DNA of 64,000 nt from Candidatus Eiseniibacteriota bacterium (GTDB lineage Bacteria; Eisenbacteria; RBG-16-71-46). The first letter of the stretch is position 1. The number at the start of each line of letters is the position of its first letter. A program made the translations under genes and the position numbers. Where the stretch lies: assembly GCA_041483195.1 (NCBI GenBank), contig JBGPFC010000016.1, positions 22,004-86,003 on the forward strand, read 5' to 3'. The notes under the pieces were generated by a model that was not told the origin of the DNA, ran no database searches, and was given only the letters and a program-made list of their open reading frames with translations. Positions 1 through 9,488 of this stretch are shown here, piece after piece.

Positions 1-868
1 GCTCGCGCGCCTTGGCCGCGAAAGCGGCGCCCTGCGCGAGATGATCGCGATGCGTTCCGCTCAGGTCGCGCAGCGCCTCGAGCGCGCCGCGCTCCGCGCC
101 GCCCGCGTAGGCCGCCGCGAGCCCCGCGCCGCTCCAGAGGTCGGCGTGGCGGGCGGCATCGAGCCCGGCGATCGCGGCCGCGATCCGTCCGGGCTCTCCC
201 CCCTCGCCGAACCAGAGGCTGCGTCCGAGCCCCTGATCGTACGCGCGCCGCGCGTAGCCCAAGATGTCGCGCGGAACGAGCCCGCGCTTCACGCGCCGCA
301 CGCGCGCGAAATATCCGTCGTGGAATCCGCGCCCGTCGAGGACCAGCCAGCGCAGCAGCGGGTCGAACCCGGCGATTCGCCTCGCGAGCGCATGCGGGAG
401 CCGCGCGGTCGCCCAGCCCGCGCCGACGTGCAGCATGTACGCGTGCGGTGCCCCGTCGCCGCGCGCGAAGCGAGCCCATCGACCGCGATCGAACGGCGAG
501 ATCGCGTCGAGCAGCGCGAGCGCCATGCCCGCCCCTTCGAACGCGAAGCCGCGGATCTCGAGGGGTTCGTCGTCGAGCCGCGCGCCGAGCGCCGGGGCAC
601 CGCCCCGCTCGAGCGCCGCGTGGTACCCCCGGACGAACGCGAGGCCGATCGATTCGAGCCGCTCGCGCATCGCGGCCGCCGGCACATCGAACCCGCGCCG
701 CGCGACCGATGTCTCGCCGGACGGGATTCCGAAGAGCGCGATGCGCACCCGAGCCGCTGGCGAGAGGGCGCGCGGCCGCCCGACCGCCTGGACGATCGGG
801 GCGGCAGGCACCATGGCGATCGGGAGAGGGCCTGAGTCCCGGGGGGTCTTTCGGCCTGCGGCGCGCAT
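1..868 (-). CDS. DUF1702 family protein, enediyne biosynthesis E3/UnbL-like (3' end runs off the window)
   Basis: Hand translation of the minus frame (codons 868->2, no stop): ...RERLESIGLAFVRGYHAAL...RGFAFEGAGMALALLD...YMLHVGAGWATAR...DPLLRWLVLDGRGFHDGYF...YDQGLGRSLWF...DLWSGAGLAAAYAGG...LAQGAAFAAKARE. ATG at 868 has AGGAG upstream; alternative ATG at 814. Not in the ORF track because no stop falls inside the window. Confidence 0.85.
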   Translation of the reverse strand, partial: MRAAGRKTPRDSGPLPIAMVPAAPIVQAVGRPRALSPAARVRIALFGIPSGETSVARRGFDVPAAAMRERLESIGLAFVRGYHAALERGGAPALGARLDDEPLEIRGFAFEGAGMALALLDAISPFDRGRWARFARGDGAPHAYMLHVGAGWATARLPHALARRIAGFDPLLRWLVLDGRGFHDGYFARVRRVKRGLVPRDILGYARRAYDQGLGRSLWFGEGGEPGRIAAAIAGLDAARHADLWSGAGLAAAYAGGAERGALEALRDLSGTHRDHLAQGAAFAAKARE

Positions 869-986
869 GCGGAGCTCCTGAGAGACCGCGCCGGGTGCGA
901 TGGAGCGCCGCGGCACGGGCGGACCATGATGGTCGCGCCCCGGTCCGAGCGCTGTCAATGCCGAATCCGGCGCGCGGGGAGAGGCG

Positions 987-2333
987 CTAGTACATGTGCC
1001 GCAGCTCGACGCCCGTGTAGTAGTGCTCGAGGATCTCGGCCGCGTTCTTTCCCGTGCGCGCCATGCCGAGCGCCCCGGTCTGGCAGAGGCCGACGCCGTG
1101 ACCCGACCCCGCCCCGCTCGCCACGATCGCGAGCGTGCGCCCCGTCGCCGGATCGCGCCGCACGTCCACCTTGAACAGGTTCGAGCGGAGGATCGCCCCC
1201 GCGTTGCCGGCGCGACGCAACACCTGCCGCAGCACGTAGGCGGGGACGATGATCGTGCCGGTGCTGGTCGTCACCTCGAGGCGCCAGACGCGTCCCGATC
1301 TCGAGCGCGACGCGACGCGCACGTCGAACAGCGTTCCCACGCCCGTGGGGGGCAGCTCGACGCCGTACTGCGGCGCGAAGTGCGCGAGATTGGAGCCGAA
1401 CTCGGCGGCGGTCCATTCTTCGCGCCAGCGATACTGGGGCGATGCCGCGCAATAATCCTCTGAGCCGTCGCGATCGCGACGGCTCACGAGGTAGCGCAGT
1501 CCGTCGGTGGGCCAGGCCTCCCACGCCTCGGCGGTGATGCCGCCGCAGGTCGAGCAGTAGTTCGCGCGAATCGGCCAGCCGTCCGCGAGCGGAACGTCCC
1601 CCCGCGTGCTCTCGACGCAACGCGTCGCGAGCGGGCGCTCGGTCTCGACCGGACCGTAGACCTGGTCCTCGACCGTTCCGTAGAGATCGAAGCCCTCCTC
1701 GCCGCGGCGCCCGCGATAGAAGAGGGTGTAGCCGCGCGCCGCGATCGCCTGCGCGCGGCCCGCCTCGATGAGGGCGTCGGAGAGCGCGCCGATCTCCCCG
1801 GGCACGACGCCGAGCAGGTAGGTCTCGAGCGGCAAACGGTCCACCACGGTCAGCCTGCCGCGCGGATTCACGAATATCTTGATGCTGCCGCGCCACGTCT
1901 TGCCGCGCCACGCCACGACCGCCTCCGGTGAGAGTCTGCGGTCGCGCACCCAGAGCGTGTCGCCGGCGCGCAGCGCGGAGCCGAGGTTCCCGCGTCCCCT
2001 CGGCCCGAGGTTGTCGAAGGTGGCTTCGCCGTTCTTCGCCGTGACGCGGATCGTGCCCAGCGAGCGCTGGGCGGATCCATCGGGCGTGACGAGCATCGCG
2101 TCCGATCCCACGGTCGTGAGCTCGACGTCGTCGAGATCCCACGCCAGCCCCACGTCCATCGCGGGCTCGGCGGCCAGCTCGAAGGCCGCGGGCGCGGGGG
2201 GTGGCAGCGGCGCGGGCGCGCCGGGCCGTGCCACGGGTGGCGCCGGTGGCGAGACCGGTCGCGGCAGGGGCGCACAGGAGGCGGCGAGCGCGACCAGCGC
2301 GGCGGCGGCGAGTCGTGTGCCCGGGCCGCGCAC
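987..2333 (-). CDS. SpoIID/LytB domain lipoprotein (lytic transglycosylase-like)
   Basis: Lipobox-like ALAASC; motifs LETYLLGVVPGEI, AQAIAARGY, DQVYG, CGGIT, GHGVGLCQTGA, EILEHYYTG. Confidence 0.9.
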   Translation of the reverse strand: MRGPGTRLAAAALVALAASCAPLPRPVSPPAPPVARPGAPAPLPPPAPAAFELAAEPAMDVGLAWDLDDVELTTVGSDAMLVTPDGSAQRSLGTIRVTAKNGEATFDNLGPRGRGNLGSALRAGDTLWVRDRRLSPEAVVAWRGKTWRGSIKIFVNPRGRLTVVDRLPLETYLLGVVPGEIGALSDALIEAGRAQAIAARGYTLFYRGRRGEEGFDLYGTVEDQVYGPVETERPLATRCVESTRGDVPLADGWPIRANYCSTCGGITAEAWEAWPTDGLRYLVSRRDRDGSEDYCAASPQYRWREEWTAAEFGSNLAHFAPQYGVELPPTGVGTLFDVRVASRSRSGRVWRLEVTTSTGTIIVPAYVLRQVLRRAGNAGAILRSNLFKVDVRRDPATGRTLAIVASGAGSGHGVGLCQTGALGMARTGKNAAEILEHYYTGVELRHMY

Positions 2334-3545
2334 TCAGATCCCGGGGGTGATCTGCCCGAGCACGACAGGCCGCGATGCTCCGGTCGCGCGCGGCACGTTG
2401 CCCGGATGCCCGCAGAGCGTGAGGTGCGCGAGAAACGCGAACGCCAGCGCCTCCTTCGAATCGGCGCTCACGCCCAGCGTATCGAGCGGCGCGATGCGCG
2501 CGGGGCGCAGCCGCCGCGCGAGCGCACGCATCAGCGTCGCGTTCTTCACACCGCCCCCGCTCGCGTAGATCCCATCGACGCCAGAGTGCGGCTCGAGAAA
2601 CTGCTCGACGCCCGACGCGACCGCCGCGGCGGTGAGCTCGACCGCTGTCGCGAGCAGATCGTCGTCGGCGAGACTCATGGCCGCGCCCAGCCTGCGCAGC
2701 ATCACGGCGTAGTGTTCGCCGAACAGCTCCCGGCCGGTCGATCGCGGAGGCGGCGCCGCGAAAAACGGGTCGGACAACAACTCCGAGAGCAGCGCCTCGT
2801 TCGCGGTCCCGCGCGCGGCCGCCGCCCCGCCCGCGTCGTGCCGCTCGGTCCCGCCCGAGCGCAGGCCGACGAGCGCATCGAGCACCACGTTGCCCGGCCC
2901 GGTGTCGAACGCGACCACGTCGCCGATCCCGCCACCGCGAGGAAGAAACGTGAGGTTCGCCATGCCCCCGAGATTGAGGAGCACCCGCGATTCGAGATCG
3001 GACCGGAACAGCCACCAGTCGGCGAGCGGCACCAGCGGAGCGCCCTCGCCCCCCGCCGCGGTATCGCGCGCGCGGAAGTTGGAGACCACGGCGATGCCGG
3101 TGCGCTCTGCGAGCACGGCGGCCGAGCCGATCTGGAGCGTGAGCGCCTGGCCGTGCCCCGCGCGCCGCGGCACGTGACGCACCGTCTGGCCGTGCGAGCC
3201 GATCGCGTCCACCTCTCGCGGATCCACGTGCGCTGACGCGAGCAGCTCGAACACCGCCGCCGCGTATCGCTCGCCGAGCGCGGAGTCGAGGCGCATGAGT
3301 CGCTCGAGATCGACCGCCGGCGCGGAGGCCACCTCGAGCACCTCGCGGCGCAGCGCGCCCTCGAGCGGGGTCTCCGCGTATGCCTCGAGCGCGTGGCTCG
3401 CGCCGAGCCCCGCCCCGCGGAATCGCACGAGCGCCGCGTCCACGGCGTCGGCCGACGTCCCGGTCATGAGCCCCACGATCAGGTGCTCTTCGCGCGAGCC
3501 ATACTCCCGGAACCCGGCCAGCGCGTCGTGCGGCTGTCGTTTCAT
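2334..3545 (-). CDS. anmK: Anhydro-N-acetylmuramic acid kinase
   Basis: GLMTGTSAD, GSHGQTVRH, GGEGAPLVP, NLGGMAN, FDTGPGN, KEALAFA; start re-picked at ATG 3545. Confidence 0.93.
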   Translation of the reverse strand: MKRQPHDALAGFREYGSREEHLIVGLMTGTSADAVDAALVRFRGAGLGASHALEAYAETPLEGALRREVLEVASAPAVDLERLMRLDSALGERYAAAVFELLASAHVDPREVDAIGSHGQTVRHVPRRAGHGQALTLQIGSAAVLAERTGIAVVSNFRARDTAAGGEGAPLVPLADWWLFRSDLESRVLLNLGGMANLTFLPRGGGIGDVVAFDTGPGNVVLDALVGLRSGGTERHDAGGAAAARGTANEALLSELLSDPFFAAPPPRSTGRELFGEHYAVMLRRLGAAMSLADDDLLATAVELTAAAVASGVEQFLEPHSGVDGIYASGGGVKNATLMRALARRLRPARIAPLDTLGVSADSKEALAFAFLAHLTLCGHPGNVPRATGASRPVVLGQITPGI

Positions 3546-3570
3546 CGCCCGGACCCCGTTCGCGGCCCCG

Positions 3571-4491
3571 TCATGGCGCGTCGCCGAGCGCACCGCGAAC
3601 GAAGCCGCCCGCGCGCGCGAGCCGCTCCTCGGCCTCCGCGCGCGCGCATCCGCGCTTCAGCATCACGATCGCGGTCTTCACGCTCTTTCCCGCCGCCTCG
3701 ATGGCCGATTCGGCGCGCTCGTAGTCCACGCCGGTCACCGTCATCACGGTGCGCCGCGAGCGCTCGACCAGCTTCTGACTGGTCGCCTTCAGATCCACCA
3801 TCATGTTCTCGTAGGCCTTCCCCATTCGCACGAAGGCGGCGGTCGTGATCATGTTGAGCACCAGCTTCTGCGCGGTGCCCGCCTTCATTCGCGTCGAGCC
3901 CATCAGCACCTCGGGCCCCACCTCCACGCAGATCGACGCGTCCACCTCGAGCGTGAACTCGCTGCGCGGGGTGCACGTGACGTACCCGGTGCGCGCGCCG
4001 AGCCTGCGCGCGACGCGAAGCGCCGCGACCACGAACGGCGTGCGCCGGCTCGCGGCGAGCCCGATCACCGTGTCGCGCGGTCCCACCTCGAGGTCGATCA
4101 AGGCGGCTTCGCCTTCATCCTCGCGATCCTCTGCGCCCTCCACGGCGCGAATCAGCGCGCCGGGGCCTCCGGCCATGACGCCCCGCACCATGCCCGGCTC
4201 CGAGCCGAAGGTGGGAGGACACTCCGAGGCGTCGAGCACGCCGAGCCGCCCGCTGGTCCCGGCACCGACGTAGATCAGGCGGCCGCCCTCGCGGAAGGAG
4301 GCGACCACCAGCTCGACGGCCCCGGCGATCGCCGGCAGCTCGCGCGCCACGGCGTCCGGCACGGCGCGGTCCTCTGCGGAAATGCGCTCGAGCAGGGCCG
4401 GGACGTCGAGCGTGTCCAGGTCCATGGTGCGCGGATTGCGCTGCTCGGTGGCGAGGCGGGCGAACTCATCGAAGCGTGCGCGGTCGTCCAT
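3571..4491 (-). CDS. murQ: N-acetylmuramic acid 6-phosphate etherase
   Basis: TEQRNP, GAGTSGRLGVLDASECPPTFG, GPEVLMGSTRMKAGTAQKLVLNM; start ATG 4491. Confidence 0.95.
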   Translation of the reverse strand: MDDRARFDEFARLATEQRNPRTMDLDTLDVPALLERISAEDRAVPDAVARELPAIAGAVELVVASFREGGRLIYVGAGTSGRLGVLDASECPPTFGSEPGMVRGVMAGGPGALIRAVEGAEDREDEGEAALIDLEVGPRDTVIGLAASRRTPFVVAALRVARRLGARTGYVTCTPRSEFTLEVDASICVEVGPEVLMGSTRMKAGTAQKLVLNMITTAAFVRMGKAYENMMVDLKATSQKLVERSRRTVMTVTGVDYERAESAIEAAGKSVKTAIVMLKRGCARAEAEERLARAGGFVRGALGDAP

Positions 4492-4585
4492 GACCCGCCC
4501 AAGATGCCACGCCGCGCGCGGCGGGCGCAACGAGGGAGACGCGCGCGATCTTGACGCCCCCGCGATCGCGCCATAGCGTGCGGTG

Positions 4586-5440
4586 GTGCCCGAACTGCCG
4601 GAGGTCGAGACCGTGCGCCGAATGCTCGAGGCGCACGTGGTGGGACGCAGGGTGCGCGCCGTGCGGCTCTCGGGCAAGCGCCTGCGCGACCCCGTGCCGC
4701 GCGCGACGCCGCGGATGCTCGCGGGCCGCACGATCGTGGCGGTCGGCCGCCGCGGCAAGTACCTGCTGGTCTCGCTGGAGGACGGCGTGACGCTGCTCTC
4801 CCACCTCGGGATGAGCGGACGCTGGCTGTTCTATCTCGAGCCACCCGCTGCGCGGCTCCCGCACGTCCACGCGTGCATCGCATTCACCGATGGCAGCGCG
4901 CTCTGGTATCAGGACCCGCGCCGCTTCGGCTTGCTGCGCGCGGTGCGCACCGAAGCCGTCGACTTGGACCCCGCGATCGCGGTGCTCGGACCCGACCCGA
5001 TCGCGACGCCGCCCACCGGCCCCGCGCTCGCTGCACTCGCACGGGGCCTCACGCTCAGCGTGAAGGGCTTCCTGCTCGACCAGAGGCGCATCGCGGGCGT
5101 CGGGAACATCTACGCGAGCGAGATCCTCCATCGCGCGGGCGTGGATCCGCGCCGGCGCGCCTCGAGTCTCACGGGCGCGGAGTGGGCGCGCGTCGCGTCC
5201 GAGCTGGCCGCTGTGCTCGACGAGGCCATCCGCCGCTTCGGCACCACGTTCAGCATGTACCGAACGCTATGGAACGAGCCGGGCACGTACGGCGAGAAGC
5301 TGCGTGTGTACGATCGCGCGGCCGAGCCGTGCCGCCGCTGCGGCACGCCGATCCGCCGCATCGTCCAGGGCCAGCGCTCGACCTTCTTCTGTCCTCGCTG
5401 CCAGTCGCGCCGTGCCGCGCGCCCTGGCGCGCGCGCCTAG
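4586..5440 (+). CDS. mutM: Formamidopyrimidine-DNA glycosylase (Fpg/MutM)
   Basis: N-terminal PELPEVE, RRGKYL, HLGMSG, DPRRFG, GVGNIYASE, C-terminal CxxC...CxxC zinc finger. Confidence 0.95.
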   Translation: MPELPEVETVRRMLEAHVVGRRVRAVRLSGKRLRDPVPRATPRMLAGRTIVAVGRRGKYLLVSLEDGVTLLSHLGMSGRWLFYLEPPAARLPHVHACIAFTDGSALWYQDPRRFGLLRAVRTEAVDLDPAIAVLGPDPIATPPTGPALAALARGLTLSVKGFLLDQRRIAGVGNIYASEILHRAGVDPRRRASSLTGAEWARVASELAAVLDEAIRRFGTTFSMYRTLWNEPGTYGEKLRVYDRAAEPCRRCGTPIRRIVQGQRSTFFCPRCQSRRAARPGARA

Positions 5441-6617
5441 ACGACCTCCCACCTCCGCGCCAGCACGCGCGCGGCCGCGAGGAACACCACCGTCAGCGTG
5501 ATCAGCACCGTGAGCTGGGGCCAGAGCTCGAGCAGCGGCGCCTCGCGCCAGAACACCTTGAGGTAGCCGTCGAGCGCCCACGCGTTGAAGGTGACGAGCC
5601 CCATCCTCTGCATGCTCTCGCTCATGAGGAAGCGCGGGAACATGCTGCCGCCGAGCGCTGACATCACCAGGATCACGATGGTCGAGAGCCCCGAGAGCTG
5701 CTGCCGGCTGCGCGAAGCGGTGGCGAGCACGAGGCCGAAAGCCGCGGCGGCGGCGGCGGTCGCGAGCGTCATGATCGCGAAGCCCGGCAGGTGGCCGAGC
5801 AGATCGAGCCCGAATACCGCAGCGCCCCACAGGAACATGACGAGGACCTGGAGCATGCCGAGCAGGGTGAGGTGCACCCACTTGCCCGCCAGCAATCCGG
5901 TCATCCCCACGCTGGTGTTGAGCACGCGCTCGAGCGTTCCGGATTCCTGCTCGTCCAGCAGCGCGCCGCCCCCCGACGACGACGAGAAGAGCAGGAACAT
6001 CACCGCGATCCCCGCCGCGTAGAACGAGATCATGCGCCGGCTGTCCCTCCGGTCGCCAACCACGTTGGTGACGTGCGTCGCGACCAGCATGCCGGCTTCA
6101 TCCCCCGATGCGCCGGCGGCGGACGACCCCTCCGCCGCGACTCCGCCACGCAGCACCCGTGCCGCGGCGCGCTGGAGCAGCCCGGTCACCACGCGAGCGC
6201 CCACCGGATCGGACGGATCCGCGAGCATCTCCGCCCGCATGCCTTTGCCGTTCAGATTGGGGAACGTCGCGCCCCACCCCTTCGGCAGCACGACCGCCAC
6301 CGGCAGGTCGCCGCCGCGCACCATTGCCTCGGCGCGTGCGCGATCGATCGGACCCGCCGCGCCAGTGCCCGAGCCCGCGACCGAGTCCCGCACGCGCAGG
6401 CTCGAGTCGGCCTTCAGCGCCTCGATCAGGTAGCGGCTCATGTCGGAGCGATCCTCGTCTGCCACCGCCACCCGCACGCGGGGCATCCGGCTCATGGACG
6501 CTCCGCCGAAGACCGATGCGAAGATCGAGAAGAAGGCGATGGGAAGCACGAAGGTCATGGCCTGCGCGACGCGGTCGCGACGCAGGGTGATGCGGCTGAT
6601 GCGCATGAGGGTCGTGA

Positions 6618-6621
<4 letters not shown>
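5437..6621 (-). CDS. ABC-2 type exporter permease
   Basis: N-terminal TM, extracytoplasmic loop, E-x-GTLER motif, several C-terminal TMs, LGGSMFP; ATG overlaps the ATPase stop (ATGA). Confidence 0.88.
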
Positions 6622-7577
<956 letters not shown>

Positions 7578-8003
7578 GGAGCCTCCGGGGCACGAGTTGG
7601 GGTCCGAATGCGGGTCCAGACTACCCTCGGGAGTCGCCCCGCCCATGCGGGTCCCGACGGACGGTCGATGGAATGGGACCAACGGTCACGGCGGGAGACG
7701 GGCGGCCCCGCGCGGCGTTCCATCGAGTCCTCCCCCCGGCGCGCCCCGAACGGGCTCGCTCGGCGACCATGGGGCCGGGTTCGGCCGCGATTTCCGCGGC
7801 ATCCGTGTGGAATCAGGCGATTTGCACGCCGCGCCGGGGTCCGGGGTGAGCCCCGCCCGTCCACTTTTTTTTGGAAAGTTCTTTCCCCGGCGGCCGTCCC
7901 CCCCTAACCTGTCGGCGGGTTTCGGCATCCGACACCCGTGACCAACGCGCTGGAACCCGATCCGTCACCTCAGACGAACCCATTCACCTCTCACGGAGGT
8001 CTC

Positions 8004-9488
8004 GTGACGTTCGCATCATTTGGGCTGCCTACTCCCATCTTGAAAGGCATTCGCGCCGCGGGCTTTACCGAGCCCACCGCGATCCAGGGCCGGGCGATCC
8101 CCGTCATCCTGCAGGGCAACGATCTCATCGGCGCCGCGCAAAACGGGAGCGGCAAGACCGGCGCCTACATCATCCCCATCCTGGCGCGCCTGATCGAGAG
8201 CACCGGACGGCTCAGCTCGCTCATCGTGGTACCCACGCGTGAGCTGGCGAGCTACGTCGAGACCCGGGCTCGGGACTACGCGCGCTACACGAACATCAAG
8301 ATCGGTGTCGTGTTCACCGGCGCGCCGATCGCCGCGCAGGAGCGCATGCTCCGCGAGCAGCCGTTGGACGTGCTGGTCTCGACCCCGGGCCGCCTGCTCG
8401 AGCTGCACGCCCGCGGCTGCCTCAACTTCGAGGATGTCGAGATCATGGTGCTCGAGGAGGCCGACCGCATGGTCGCGCTCGGCCTCGCGCCCGATCTGCG
8501 CAAGCTCCTGAAGCTCCTGCCCGAGACGCGGCAGACGCTCATGTTCGCGATCACCATGCCGCCCGAGCTGAACCGGCTCGCGAAGGAGGCGCTGATCGAG
8601 CCGGTGCGCGTGGACATGGCGCCGCCCGCACGACCGAGTTCCGGCATCACGCAGGCGATCTACCCGGTGCCCAAGGAGCTGAAGCCCGATCTGCTCGACG
8701 AGATGCTCTCGCGCGCGGAGGTGCGCAACACCATCATGTTCTGCCGCTCGCGAGCTTCCGCCGAGCGCGTCGCGAAGCAGCTCCAGCGCCGCGGCTACAG
8801 CGTCGCGATCCTGGACGAGCACCCGAGCCAGGGCGAGCGCGAGCAGGCGCTCGAGGACCTGCTGCGCGGTCGCGTGCAGATCCTGGTCGCGAGCGACGCA
8901 TCGGCGCGCAGCCTCGACGTGACCGGGGTTTCGCACGTCATCAACTTCGAGGTGCCTCAGACGCCCGAGGACTACGTGCATCGCCTCGGTCGCGCGGGGA
9001 AGGCCGATCCGGTCGGAGACGTGTTCACGCTCATGAGCCCCGACGAGCGCAAGGACGTCGCGGCCATCGAGCGGCTCGTCGGGCGCGCGATTCCGCTCGT
9101 CATGCTCCCCGACTTCGACTACGGCCGGCCCCCGGCGCTGCTCAAGCAGGTGGTGAGTTACGGCGAGGACAGCCTGGCTCCGGCCGCGGCGAGGCCGCCG
9201 GCGGGGGTCGCGGGCGCCGCGGCACGCATCGCCGTGGTGCCGCGAGCCGGCGTCACGATCGTCAAGCCCGGTGGCGCCCAGGCGAAGGTCTCTGTGAACG
9301 GCGGCGCGAAGAGCGGTGGCGCGCGCGCGAAGACCGCGAAGGGCGCGCAGCCCGGCCGTGGAAAGAGCGCGGCACGCCCCAAGTCGCGGCCCGAGCGCTC
9401 GCACCATGCGACGCACGCGCGCGCGAGCGGACACGCGAAGTCCTCCCGCTCACGCCCCGCGCAGCGGGCGTCGGGGAAGCGCCGCTAG
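8004..9488 (+). CDS. DEAD-box RNA helicase homolog with degenerate ATPase motifs and a basic C-terminal tail
   Basis: Q motif GFTEPTAIQ, AQNGSGKT, PTRELA, TPGRL, EEAD, AIT, ARSLD, HRLGRAGK; GGAGG RBS before GTG 8004. Confidence 0.85.
   Translation: MTFASFGLPTPILKGIRAAGFTEPTAIQGRAIPVILQGNDLIGAAQNGSGKTGAYIIPILARLIESTGRLSSLIVVPTRELASYVETRARDYARYTNIKIGVVFTGAPIAAQERMLREQPLDVLVSTPGRLLELHARGCLNFEDVEIMVLEEADRMVALGLAPDLRKLLKLLPETRQTLMFAITMPPELNRLAKEALIEPVRVDMAPPARPSSGITQAIYPVPKELKPDLLDEMLSRAEVRNTIMFCRSRASAERVAKQLQRRGYSVAILDEHPSQGEREQALEDLLRGRVQILVASDASARSLDVTGVSHVINFEVPQTPEDYVHRLGRAGKADPVGDVFTLMSPDERKDVAAIERLVGRAIPLVMLPDFDYGRPPALLKQVVSYGEDSLAPAAARPPAGVAGAAARIAVVPRAGVTIVKPGGAQAKVSVNGGAKSGGARAKTAKGAQPGRGKSAARPKSRPERSHHATHARASGHAKSSRSRPAQRASGKRR

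Noticed and set aside
41..990. Listed ORFs 41..835(+), 264..881(+), 289..927(-) and 448..990(+)
   Set aside because: R/A/P-rich shadow frames; the motif-bearing gene is the unlisted minus frame 868->1
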